DNA of 36,147 nucleotides from NCBI GenBank assembly GCA_043779445.1, contig JAYWEG010000087.1, positions 1 to 36,147 on the forward strand, read 5' to 3'. The notes beneath the pieces were generated by a model. That model did no database searches. It was not told the DNA's origin and saw only the letters and a program-made list of their open reading frames with translations. This document shows positions 26,598 through 35,940 of the stretch, one piece after another. The position numbers and the translations under genes were made by a program. Each line of letters begins with the position of its first letter. Within the stretch, counting starts at the first letter, position 1. This DNA is from Bacteroidota bacterium (GTDB lineage Bacteria; Bacteroidota; Bacteroidia; Flavobacteriales; Flavobacteriaceae).

Positions 26598-27587
26598 TTA
26601 GACGTGATGAATTACGTCTCTACGTTTGAATTCTACTGCGACTTCAGCGATTAATTTTATATGTTCTGGTGTTGTACCACAGCAACCACCAATGATGTTT
26701 ACTAAATTGTCTTGCAAATATTCTCTAATCAACGCTTGCATTTCTTCTGGAGTTTGATCATATTGTCCAAAAGCGTTCGGTAATCCAGCGTTTGGATGTG
26801 CTGAAATGTTAAGTTGCGTGTTCATTGACAATCTTTTTAGATAAGGTTTCAATTGGTCGGCTCCGAGTGCGCAATTGAAACCAATGCTCAATAAATCAAT
26901 ATGCTGAATAGAAATAAGGAATGCTTCGACGGTTTGACCAGAAAGTGTTCGCCCTGAGGCGTCGGTAATGGTACCTGAAACCATTACTGGAATATCGAGA
27001 CTGCGTTCTTCTTTAACTTCTTCGATGGCGAAAAGTGCTGCTTTGGCATTGAGTGTATCAAAAATGGTTTCGACTAATAACACATCACAGCCACCATCGA
27101 TTAAAGCTTCGGTTTGTTGCTTGTATGCTATTCGTAATTCGTCGAAGGTTACGGCTCTAAATCCTGGATCGTTGACATCTGGCGACATAGATGCTGTTCG
27201 GTTGGTTGGACCTATTGCTCCAGCAACGAATCGCGGTTTATCGGTAAACTCATCGGCAACTTGTTTTGCAATCTTTGCTGATTGAAAGTTGAGTTCGTAA
27301 ACCAAATCTTCGAGATAATAATCGGCCATTCCTATTGTTGTGCCTGAAAAAGTGTTTGTTTCGACAATATCGGCTCCAGCCTGAAAATATTTTCGATGTA
27401 TTTCTTTTACGGCTTCGGGTTGGGTTATGGATAATAAATCGTTGTTTCCTTTTAATGGATGTGGGAAATCTTTGAAGCGTTCGCCTCGAAAATCTTCCTC
27501 GGAAAAATTGTGGCGTTGCAACATGGTTCCCATAGCTCCGTCTAGAACTAGGATTCTTTTTTTTATTTCTTGTTGTATTGTTGACAT
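26598..27587 (-). CDS. metH: Homocysteine S-methyltransferase domain (N-terminal module of split MetH)
   Basis: LDGAMGTM, ETNTF, GFNCALG, PNAGLP, IIGGCCGT zinc ligands. Confidence 0.95.
   Translation of the reverse strand: MSTIQQEIKKRILVLDGAMGTMLQRHNFSEEDFRGERFKDFPHPLKGNNDLLSITQPEAVKEIHRKYFQAGADIVETNTFSGTTIGMADYYLEDLVYELNFQSAKIAKQVADEFTDKPRFVAGAIGPTNRTASMSPDVNDPGFRAVTFDELRIAYKQQTEALIDGGCDVLLVETIFDTLNAKAALFAIEEVKEERSLDIPVMVSGTITDASGRTLSGQTVEAFLISIQHIDLLSIGFNCALGADQLKPYLKRLSMNTQLNISAHPNAGLPNAFGQYDQTPEEMQALIREYLQDNLVNIIGGCCGTTPEHIKLIAEVAVEFKRRDVIHHV
26600..26623 (-). repeat. GTAG-type REP element overlapping the 3' end of the Hcy-domain gene
   Basis: Minus strand GTAG-AGACGT-aattcatc-ACGTCT. 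Confidence 0.65.
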
Positions 27588-27668
27588 TTATCTCAAAGAT
27601 TCACTGAGCAAACTTGAAGGTTCACAAAGTTTTGATTTTAACTAATTTGTTGATTTTAATAGTGTACC

Positions 27669-27735
27669 TAGCCCTGATAGCAGCGGTATCCCACGCTTTT
27701 TGCGTGGATATAGCGAATAGCAGGAAATGGCTCCA
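27669..27735 (+). repeat. Structured repeat element, copy 2 (possibly Flavo-1-like), in the metH leader, antisense to the mRNA
   Basis: TAGCCCTGATAGCAGCGGTATCC-cacgc-tttt-tgcgtg-GATATAGCGAATAGCAGGAAATGGCTCCA; homologous to 6619-6716. Confidence 0.75.
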
Positions 27736-27797
27736 GAAAAATCTGATGCGTTTTAAAAATAGTTTTTGTTATGAGGAAAGTTGAGAGAATTCTCTAG

Positions 27798-27916
27798 GTT
27801 ATCTGTTTCGAGATACTGAAACAAGTTCAGTATAACGAATAGAATGTAGCACCTTCTTTACTTGAAAGGGTTGCTAAGCTGTCATTGGGTCTAATCCCTC
27901 GAGCTTTCGTGATAAC
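27798..27916 (-). ncRNA. SAM-I family riboswitch
   Basis: Minus strand GTTATC..GAGGGA..GACCC..TGA..AGCAACC..AGGTGCTA..GATAAC with P1 GTTATC/GATAAC, upstream of metH-metF. Confidence 0.9.
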
Positions 27917-27991
27917 AATCAATAATTTTAAGAACATTACAAAGTAATGAAATAGAAACTTGTTTTGCAAATGATTTTTACAAAATTTTAT

Positions 27992-29254
27992 TTACCACTC
28001 ATTTACTTTGTTTGAGTCCATTTTTAGAAAAATAAATAACAAAATTGTAAAACCCCAAAGTCCAGAACCGCCATAAGAAAAGAATGGAAGCGGAACACCA
28101 ATGGTTGGAAAAACGCCCAAAACCATAGAGATGTTCACGAATGTATGTATGAATAAAATTCCAGCGACACAATAACCATACACACGACTAAATTTTGTTT
28201 TTTGTCGCTCTGCTAGATATAAAATTCTGAGAACCAATCCTGTGAAAAGGAGTAAAACGATGATGGAGCCAACAAATCCCCATTCTTCGCCAACGGTTGT
28301 GAATATATAATCGGTGTGTTGCTCTGGAACAAATCCTCCTTTGGTTTGGGTGCCTTCTAAAAACCCTTTTCCGAACCAACCACCCGAACCAACTGCAATT
28401 TTTGACTGGTTGGTATTGTAGCCAATTCCTTTTAGATCGACTGCTTTGCCTAATAAAATATTGAAACGATCGCGATGATGTTGTTTGAAAACATTGTTGA
28501 AAACATAATCTACAGAAAAGACATAGCCCGAAATTAATACTAGAATCACACTACTAAAAAGTATACTTCTATTGATTATTCTACTTTTGAAATATATAAA
28601 ACCTAGTATTAAAAATGCAATTAGAACAATATAAATGGGTTGAAGGATTAGTGCCATTACAAATAATAATATGGCAATCGCACCAGTAAGAATATACCAT
28701 GATGGCAAACCTTCGCGATAAAGAACTAATAAAAACACAGAATATATGAGCGCACTTCCGGGATCAGGCTGTGGTAAAATTAGCAAAACAGGCAAGAACA
28801 CAATTGCTAAAGCCTTGATTTGATCGCTTCCGCTCTTAAGATTTACTTGTACATCACTCAAAAATTTTGCTAATGCAAGTGCGGTTGCAGCTTTTGCAAA
28901 TTCTGATGGTTGCAGTGTAAAACTTCCGATTCCATACCAACAACGTTGACCGGCAATGGTTTTTCCGGCTACAAAAAGCCCAAGAAGTGAAATTAAAGAA
29001 ACTGCAAAAATTATGGATGAATATTTTTCGTAGAATTTTGAATCAGCAAAGAGAACGACAAAAATTATTGGAATGGTTAAGATTATAAAAATCATCTGTT
29101 TTCCATAAACTTGTGTTACATCAATTATAGAGGCGTCTTTCGTTGAAATGGAAAGTGAAGATGAGTATATATTTAGCCACCCCAAAACAACAAGCGTAAT
29201 GAATATCAAGACACTCACCCAATCGATATTACTAGATACACTTTGGTTTTTCAT
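27992..29254 (-). CDS. rodA: Rod shape-determining protein RodA (SEDS)
   Basis: QPSEFAK, QPDPGSA, PEQHTDYIF, GVPLPFFSYGGS. Confidence 0.96.
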   Translation of the reverse strand: MKNQSVSSNIDWVSVLIFITLVVLGWLNIYSSSLSISTKDASIIDVTQVYGKQMIFIILTIPIIFVVLFADSKFYEKYSSIIFAVSLISLLGLFVAGKTIAGQRCWYGIGSFTLQPSEFAKAATALALAKFLSDVQVNLKSGSDQIKALAIVFLPVLLILPQPDPGSALIYSVFLLVLYREGLPSWYILTGAIAILLFVMALILQPIYIVLIAFLILGFIYFKSRIINRSILFSSVILVLISGYVFSVDYVFNNVFKQHHRDRFNILLGKAVDLKGIGYNTNQSKIAVGSGGWFGKGFLEGTQTKGGFVPEQHTDYIFTTVGEEWGFVGSIIVLLLFTGLVLRILYLAERQKTKFSRVYGYCVAGILFIHTFVNISMVLGVFPTIGVPLPFFSYGGSGLWGFTILLFIFLKMDSNKVNEW

Positions 29255-29263
29255 GGTTTATGT

Positions 29264-31201
29264 TTAGGTATGATCTGTATCATCACTGATGGTGTCAGTT
29301 TTTGGTTTTTGTTTTGGAATTATCGGTAAAATTCGCTCTTTTGGTATATTATCTAAAATTGTATCATTTTCTTTTTTTACAAATCGAGCATATTGTGCCT
29401 GAAGACTTGTGGCTAAAATTCTTTTTTCGAGAGGTTTCATTGTGATTTTCTTTTTCAAATATTTTTCGATCATTAAACTCACAATTGGTCCAGCAATTGT
29501 GGCACCAAAACCTCCATTTTCTACAAGAACTGCTATAGCAATTTTAGGATTCTCCATTGGAGCAAATGCAACAAAAATAGAGTGATCCTTCATTTTAACT
29601 CTTTTCCCATCTACTCTTGCATAGTTTTCTGCTGTACCTGTTTTTCCGCAAATATTGATTTCTGGAACATTCAATCCATGAGCCGTACCTTTGTTGTACA
29701 CATCGAACATTCCGCTAATTACAGGAGGAAAATATTTTTTATCTATTGTAGTTACATGTTTTGTAGTGAATTTTGCATCAATTTTTCTTCCTTGAATTTT
29801 TTTGATAATGTGTGGAGTATAAAAATATCCTTGGTTGGAAACTGCAGCGGCCATATTTGCTAATTGAATTGGTGTCATCAAAACCTCGCCTTGTCCGATT
29901 GCATTTGAAACAATTGTAGAACCATGCCATCCCCCGTTTGGATACACTTTTTTATAATATTTACCGGTTGGGATATTGCCTTTACGACCCGTAGGAAGAT
30001 CATAGCCCATAAAACCGCCAATTCCAAAACTTTTTAAATGATTTCCCCAAACATCCACGGCTTCATTTGGACTTTGGTATTTATTAATCGTTTTCATGTA
30101 CACACTTGCAAAATAAGAATTACAAGAAGCGTAGATTCCGTTGTGTAATTGATAGGCTCCTGCCCCGTGACATTTCATGAAATGACCTCCGATTCTCATT
30201 CCATGATAACACATAAATGTGCTTTGCTCGTCAATAACTTGTTCCTGCAAACCAATTAAACCGGTCATGATTTTGAAAGGAGAACCTGGGGGATATTCTG
30301 CTAATAACCCTCGATCATAGGTTGGTTTTGCCAAAGAGTCATTGTACAATAGGGTATAATTTCTTGAACGCTCCCGTCCGACAAGTAATGCAGGATCATA
30401 GGATGGAGCGGTTACTAATGCTAATATTTCGCCTGTTTTGGGTTCAATTGCAACAATTCCTCCGCGTTTGTTTATCATTAATTCTTCGCCATATTTTTGA
30501 AGTTCGCTATCAATAGTGAGTGTGATGTCTTTTCCTTGAATAGAAATAGTATCAAATTTCCCTTCTTTATACGAACCTATATCTTGGTTGTATTTGTTTT
30601 TTTGGAGGTATTTCACACCTTTTATGCCTCTAAGATCCTCTTCGTAACTTTCTTCGACACCTTGACGGCCAATTAAATCACCGGAATTATAGTAGGGATG
30701 TTTTTTTATGATTTTATCATTTACTTGGGTTATAAAGCCAAAAACATTTGCTCCAACAGCTATTTGATAATCTCGCAAAGATCTTTTTTGAATTTCAAAT
30801 CCCGAAAATTTTCTTACTTTTTCCTCAAATGCTGCAAATTCTTTTTTGTTGAGTTGGGGCATAAAAACAGATCGGAGTCTTGGACTGTAGATTTTTGCTT
30901 TTTCAATTTTTTTTATAAAGTCTTCTTTTGTAATATTTAATAAATTACAAAAATCTAATGTATCGAGGTTTTTAATATCACGAGGCGTGACCATAATATC
31001 ATAGGAAGGTTGATTTGCAACCATCAAAACATTATTTCTGTCAAAAATATAGCCTCGTTCGGGATAATCATATTTTATATTTATAGCATTATCATCAGAT
31101 TTTAATCGAAGTGAATCATCGATTATTTGCAAATAAAAGAGTCGAATCACCAAAAGAATTGATGAAATTATTATCAAAGTCGGAAGAAGCGTTTTTCTCA
31201 T
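29264..31201 (-). CDS. mrdA: Penicillin-binding protein 2
   Basis: PGSPFK (SxxK), SCN, KTGTAE; mre operon context. Confidence 0.96.
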   Translation of the reverse strand: MRKTLLPTLIIISSILLVIRLFYLQIIDDSLRLKSDDNAINIKYDYPERGYIFDRNNVLMVANQPSYDIMVTPRDIKNLDTLDFCNLLNITKEDFIKKIEKAKIYSPRLRSVFMPQLNKKEFAAFEEKVRKFSGFEIQKRSLRDYQIAVGANVFGFITQVNDKIIKKHPYYNSGDLIGRQGVEESYEEDLRGIKGVKYLQKNKYNQDIGSYKEGKFDTISIQGKDITLTIDSELQKYGEELMINKRGGIVAIEPKTGEILALVTAPSYDPALLVGRERSRNYTLLYNDSLAKPTYDRGLLAEYPPGSPFKIMTGLIGLQEQVIDEQSTFMCYHGMRIGGHFMKCHGAGAYQLHNGIYASCNSYFASVYMKTINKYQSPNEAVDVWGNHLKSFGIGGFMGYDLPTGRKGNIPTGKYYKKVYPNGGWHGSTIVSNAIGQGEVLMTPIQLANMAAAVSNQGYFYTPHIIKKIQGRKIDAKFTTKHVTTIDKKYFPPVISGMFDVYNKGTAHGLNVPEINICGKTGTAENYARVDGKRVKMKDHSIFVAFAPMENPKIAIAVLVENGGFGATIAGPIVSLMIEKYLKKKITMKPLEKRILATSLQAQYARFVKKENDTILDNIPKERILPIIPKQKPKTDTISDDTDHT

Positions 31202-31707
31202 CGTCTTTTAGGTTTTATAAGATAGATGATAATTATTGATAAAATGATTGTAGCAATTACACTAAAAAGTGATATGTACAACATGTTCCAAACTAAAGTA
31301 ACACTAAAAACTTCCAGAGCAAACAAGCATAAATGATGTATCAAAACTGATACTAAAATGAAAGAGAATCGTTCTGGGGTTAAAATATCATTGAGTTTCA
31401 CAGTTTGATATTCATAACTCAATCCAAATGCAAATTTAAAAATATTGGGCCTTACATAGGCTAAAACAACACAAGCAAATGCGTGTACCCCTCCAGAATT
31501 TAAAAATAAATCCATGATGATTCCTAAACTAAAAGCCGCCAGAAGTAGAGCAGATTTGTTTCCGTTAACCGGAAAAAGTATAATGAAAAGAATATATGGA
31601 TATGGATTAATAAAACCCAATAAATCAAAATAATTGAAAATAAGAATTTGTGCTGCAAGCAACAATACAAATCTGGCACAATTGTTTATGAAGGCACTAC
31701 TATTCAT
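31198..31707 (-). CDS. mreD: Rod shape-determining protein MreD
   Basis: Hydrophobic protein with GIIMDLF; lies between mreC and mrdA. Confidence 0.9.
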   Translation of the reverse strand: MNSSAFINNCARFVLLLAAQILIFNYFDLLGFINPYPYILFIILFPVNGNKSALLLAAFSLGIIMDLFLNSGGVHAFACVVLAYVRPNIFKFAFGLSYEYQTVKLNDILTPERFSFILVSVLIHHLCLFALEVFSVTLVWNMLYISLFSVIATIILSIIIIYLIKPKRR

Positions 31708-32543
31708 TATTTCACAACTGATTTTGTGTTTTTTATTTCCTCGAGTTGTTTGATTTCTTCGCTATCTTTGGTTTTTAGAATATATACATGACCAAGATTT
31801 GTCATATCATTAAAAAGTTTGATGTCTAGCGTGTAATAATTGTTTGTTTTTTCCGTAAATTTTCTCTCAACAGTACCAATATTTATATTTTCAGGAAAAA
31901 TTTCGGATTGACCTCCTGTTACAATGGTATCACCCTTTTGAACAGTTGCCAATCTTGGAATATTTATTAGTTGCACAAATCCTGTACTTTTTCCATCCCA
32001 AATTAAGGATCCGTAGCGATTTGAGTTTTTTATTTTTGCATTAATTATATTTGTTTTATTCAAAACACTTATAATAGTTGCATAGTTTTTAGATGTATTT
32101 TCTATTACTCCAACAACCCCAAAATCATTGATAACTCCCATTCCTGATTTTACTCCTTTTTCAGCACCAGTATTTATGGTTAAATAATTTTCATGAATAT
32201 TATAAGAATTATGAATCACTTTCGAAAGTATGATATTTGTTTTATTAACGCCTTGTAAATCTTTGATTCTTACAACATTTGTAGTGTCTTTTTTATTAAA
32301 AAGAATAATTTTTAGCATGGCATTTTCAGCAGCTAATTTATCATTTTGGGTTTTGAGACTAAAATATTCTTCGACATTATTAATTTCATTATACACATTT
32401 CCTGAAACAAAATTCGCAGAACTAATCATTTTACTCTTATGATACGAATGCGATTGCAGAGTTAGACCAAAAGAAATACCCAAAAGCAACAAAAACAGTA
32501 AACGATTACTGTTTTTTAAAATAAAATTAAATATTTGCTGCAT
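31707..32543 (-). CDS. mreC: Rod shape-determining protein MreC
   Basis: TM helix, coiled coil, GVKSGMGVI, GDTIVTGG-x-S-x-IFPE. Confidence 0.94.
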   Translation of the reverse strand: MQQIFNFILKNSNRLLFLLLLGISFGLTLQSHSYHKSKMISSANFVSGNVYNEINNVEEYFSLKTQNDKLAAENAMLKIILFNKKDTTNVVRIKDLQGVNKTNIILSKVIHNSYNIHENYLTINTGAEKGVKSGMGVINDFGVVGVIENTSKNYATIISVLNKTNIINAKIKNSNRYGSLIWDGKSTGFVQLINIPRLATVQKGDTIVTGGQSEIFPENINIGTVERKFTEKTNNYYTLDIKLFNDMTNLGHVYILKTKDSEEIKQLEEIKNTKSVVK

Positions 32544-32601
32544 CTCTAAAAGATATAATTTTTAAGGTAAAAAAAAATTAAAATTCACTAAAATATTAAA
32601 A

Positions 32602-33630
32602 TTACTTAATTAAAATGCTTTTGTATTTTGTGATGTTTTTTAACGCCATTCCTGTTCCACGAACCACGGCTCTCAAAGGATCTTCGGCGATGTAAACAGG
32701 TAAATCTGTTTTTTGAGAGATACGTTTGTCTAACCCTCTTAACATGGATCCGCCGCCAGCGAGATAAATCCCAGTATTATAAATATCTGCGGCTAATTCT
32801 GGAGGTGTTTGAGACAAAGTTTCCATAACAGCATCTTCGATTCGCTGAATTGATTTGTCTAATGCTTTAGCAATCTCTCTGTACGAAACATTTACTTGTT
32901 TTGGTTTTCCGGTCAACAAATCTCGCCCTTGTACGGACATATCCTCTGGTGGAGAATCTAAATCCTCTATGGCTGCACCGATTTCTATTTTAATTTTTTC
33001 TGCGGTTGATTCCCCTACAAATAGATTGTGTTGTGTTCTCATATAATAAACAATGTCATTAGTAAAAACATCACCTGCGATTTTTACAGATTTATCACAA
33101 ACAATTCCTGCCAAGGCAATTACTGCAATTTCTGTCGTTCCACCTCCAATATCGACAATCATATTCCCTTTTGGCTGCATGATATCGATTCCAATTCCAA
33201 TAGCTGCTGCCATTGGCTCATGGATTAAATAAACTTCTTTTCCGTTTACTCGTTCACAACTTTCTTTTACCGCACGCATTTCGACCTCAGTAATTCCAGA
33301 CGGTATGCAAACAACCATTCGCAACGCTGGGGTAAACAGTTTTTTTTGAAGCGCTGGAATGCTTTTGATGAGCAATTTTATCATTTGTTCAGAAGCATCA
33401 AAATCTGCAATAACACCATCTTTCAAAGGGCGTATGGTTTTTATGTTTTCATGAGTTTTCCCTTGCATTAAATTTGCCTCTTTCCCAACGGCTATAATTT
33501 TTCCAGAAATTCTATCGCGAGCAACAATAGATGGACTGTCAATAACAACTTTGTCGTTATGAATGATTAGCGTATTTGCGGTACCAAGGTCAATTGCTAT
33601 ATCCTCGGTCATGAAATCAAAAAATCCCAT
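32602..33630 (-). CDS. mreB: Rod shape-determining protein MreB
   Basis: IAIDLGTANT, RPLKDGVIADF, DIGGGTTE, LAGGGSMLRGLD. Confidence 0.98.
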   Translation of the reverse strand: MGFFDFMTEDIAIDLGTANTLIIHNDKVVIDSPSIVARDRISGKIIAVGKEANLMQGKTHENIKTIRPLKDGVIADFDASEQMIKLLIKSIPALQKKLFTPALRMVVCIPSGITEVEMRAVKESCERVNGKEVYLIHEPMAAAIGIGIDIMQPKGNMIVDIGGGTTEIAVIALAGIVCDKSVKIAGDVFTNDIVYYMRTQHNLFVGESTAEKIKIEIGAAIEDLDSPPEDMSVQGRDLLTGKPKQVNVSYREIAKALDKSIQRIEDAVMETLSQTPPELAADIYNTGIYLAGGGSMLRGLDKRISQKTDLPVYIAEDPLRAVVRGTGMALKNITKYKSILIK

Positions 33631-33672
33631 ATTATTTTTTTTGGGTTTTAAAAGTGAATATTATTTTGTATG

Positions 33673-33680
33673 CAAAGTTA
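33673..33680 (-). promoter_or_regulatory. -7 element (TAACTTTG) for the mre operon
   Basis: Exact TAnnTTTG(CA) match. Confidence 0.6.
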
Positions 33681-33795
33681 TACAAATTAATGTATACTAT
33701 AACGTGTAATTGTATACATTTTATATATTATTTCAAAACGTTTTTAAGACTTGTTTATTGTACCTTTCTAGGATTTAATTCATGAGTTTTTTTGA

Positions 33796-35112
33796 TTAAT
33801 TTCTCAAATGTTTTATGAAATCTACAACAGAGGAATGCGAAACAGTGTTTGTTTTAAAATGTTTTTTTATTAAAACTCGTTCGTTTTCATTGGCTTGGAA
33901 TTGGTTTAGAATATTATTCAAGTGCATTTTCATATGACCTTCTTGAATTCCGGACGTTGTCAAAGACCTCAAAGCAGCAAAATTTTGCGCCAGTCCAGCA
34001 ACCGCAACAATTTGCATGAGCATTTTTGCCGAAGGTTTTTCTAACATTTCTAAAGAAAATTTAACCAACGGATGCAAAGAAGTTAATCCTCCGACGGTTC
34101 CGAGCGCTAATGGAATTTCTATCCAAAAACTAAAAATACCTTTTTCGATTTTTGCATTCGATAAACTTTTGTATTGTCCATCTCTTGCAGCATAGGCATG
34201 AATTCCAGCTTCGACAGCTCTAAAATCATTTCCTGTAGCTAGCACTACAGCATCGATTCCGTTCATAATTCCTTTGTTGTGTGTTACGGCTCTAAAAGGC
34301 TCTACATTAGCAATTTCGACTGCACGAACAAATTTTTCTGCAAACTCTACTGGATTTTCTATGTTTTTATCTTGCATTTCAGATATTTTGCAAGAAACTT
34401 CGGCTCTAACAATGCAATTCGGAACGTAATTAGACAAAATACTCATCACTACTTCAATGTTTTTTTCAGCTTCGGAAAAATCTACGTTTTCTAACGCTTC
34501 GTGTTTTAAAGTTTTTGCAAATTGCTCCAAACACGAGTTGATGAAGTTTGCACCCATGGAGTCTTTAGTTTCGAAAGTTGCATGCAATTGAAAGTAATTT
34601 TCGATTAAATTAGATTTATTTCGCAATTCCACGTCAAGAATTCCTCCTCCACGTTTTTGCATGTTTTTGGTAATACTTTCGGTTTCTTCAACTAATTTTG
34701 ATTTTATTTTTTCGAAAAATTTCTCTAATATTTCAAAGTTTCCTTTAAAAATAAAGTGAACCTGACCAATTTTTTCTGTGTTGATAACCGTTGTTTTAAA
34801 TCCGCCACGGTCAGACCAATATTTAGCAGATTTCGATGCTGCAGCAACAACTGAACTTTCTTCGATTGCCATTGGAATCGTAAAAAAAGTACCGTTTATC
34901 AAAAAATTTGGAGCTACACCCAGAGGTAAATAAAAATTAGAAATAGTGTTTTCTATAAAATCGTCATGCAATTGTTGTAACTTCTCATTTGTGTTCCAAT
35001 ACTGTTTTACTTGTAAAATGGCATCAGAAGGATTAGAAAAATAGGTATTTGCAATCCAATTTATTTTTTCTTCTTTGGATAATTTAGAAAATCCAGCGAT
35101 ATTTTTTGACAT
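33796..35112 (-). CDS. mvaA: Hydroxymethylglutaryl-CoA reductase, class II
   Basis: IENTIS, PMAIEESSVVAAAS, DSMGAN, THNKGIMNG, GNDFRA, GIQEGHMKMH. Confidence 0.93.
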   Translation of the reverse strand: MSKNIAGFSKLSKEEKINWIANTYFSNPSDAILQVKQYWNTNEKLQQLHDDFIENTISNFYLPLGVAPNFLINGTFFTIPMAIEESSVVAAASKSAKYWSDRGGFKTTVINTEKIGQVHFIFKGNFEILEKFFEKIKSKLVEETESITKNMQKRGGGILDVELRNKSNLIENYFQLHATFETKDSMGANFINSCLEQFAKTLKHEALENVDFSEAEKNIEVVMSILSNYVPNCIVRAEVSCKISEMQDKNIENPVEFAEKFVRAVEIANVEPFRAVTHNKGIMNGIDAVVLATGNDFRAVEAGIHAYAARDGQYKSLSNAKIEKGIFSFWIEIPLALGTVGGLTSLHPLVKFSLEMLEKPSAKMLMQIVAVAGLAQNFAALRSLTTSGIQEGHMKMHLNNILNQFQANENERVLIKKHFKTNTVSHSSVVDFIKHLRN

Positions 35113-35131
35113 TCTAATTAATTTGGAATTG

Positions 35132-35139
35132 CAAATATA
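35132..35139 (-). promoter_or_regulatory. -7 element (TATATTTG) for the HMG-CoA reductase gene
   Basis: Exact TAnnTTTG(CA) match 19 nt upstream of the ATG. Confidence 0.6.
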
Positions 35140-35240
35140 GTATTTGTTTTAAAGTTTTAGAAGTATTTAATTTTCTTCAAAATATTAATTTAAAAAAATA
35201 TTAGATGAACAAATCACAATTAACTTTTATATTTTCTTTC

Positions 35241-35272
35241 GTGACAGATATAAGAAACTTTATCGTCTAAAT
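35241..35272 (+). promoter_or_regulatory. Putative ECF-dependent promoter, copy 1
   Basis: GTGACAGA-N15-CGTCTAAAT; overlaps TAAATTTG at 35268-35275. Confidence 0.65.
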
Positions 35273-35318
35273 TTGAAAAATATAATACGAGGATATTCCC
35301 CAAATAATTCTAAGTGTT

Positions 35319-35882
35319 TTGACTGATGAAACCTTGCTTCGGGCTTTAAAATCTGGAGACAAACTTGCTTTTAATGAACTTGTAATTCTATATAAACATA
35401 GGGTTATTAATACGTGCTATAAGTTTTTGTTAAATCAAGAAGACGCAGAGGATGTTTCGCAAGATGTTTTTATAGAAGTATTTCAATCCATAAAGTCATT
35501 TAGAGGCGATTCCAAATTATCCACTTGGATTTATCGAATTGCAATTACTAAAAGCCTTGACGAACTAAAAAAACGCAATCGAAAAAAACGAATTTCTTCT
35601 ATTGGAAAAATGTTGCATCTTGACGATGTAGCCAATTGGATTTCCGGAGGAAAAATGCCCGATGCCGATATGGAAACTTCTGACACCATCAAAACAATCA
35701 ACAAAGCATTTAATCAATTACCAGAAAATCAGAGAATTGCATTTACTTTAAGTAGAATCGATGGTTTCGATAATTCAGAAATTGCAGACATTATGAAAAC
35801 TACAACCATTGCCGTGGAAAGCCTTGTTTATAGAGCAAAAAAGAAAATTACTACCGATTTAAAAAATATTTTTATAGAATAA
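35319..35882 (+). CDS. ECF-family RNA polymerase sigma-70 factor
   Basis: DAEDVSQDVF, STWIYRIA (region 2), LPENQR...EIADIM...VESLVYRAK (region 4); TTG start (GTG at 35313 is an alternative). Confidence 0.93.
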   Translation: MTDETLLRALKSGDKLAFNELVILYKHRVINTCYKFLLNQEDAEDVSQDVFIEVFQSIKSFRGDSKLSTWIYRIAITKSLDELKKRNRKKRISSIGKMLHLDDVANWISGGKMPDADMETSDTIKTINKAFNQLPENQRIAFTLSRIDGFDNSEIADIMKTTTIAVESLVYRAKKKITTDLKNIFIE

Positions 35883-35892
35883 TTGAACATTA

Positions 35893-35924
35893 GTGCCAGA
35901 AATAAATTAAATAAACGTCTAAAT
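35893..35924 (+). promoter_or_regulatory. Putative ECF-dependent promoter, copy 2
   Basis: GTGCCAGA-N15-CGTCTAAAT, same spacing as copy 1. Confidence 0.65.
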
Positions 35925-35940
35925 AAAAAAGTGATTAATT

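Noticed and set aside
23864-27587. Split metH as a pseudogene or frameshift
   Set aside because: The split falls at a domain boundary, both ORFs have intact motifs and proper starts, and split MetH is usual in flavobacteria.
465-34494. Numerous 60-126 aa antisense or alternate-frame ORFs in the track
   Set aside because: They lie within or across well-supported genes and lack motifs or expression signals.
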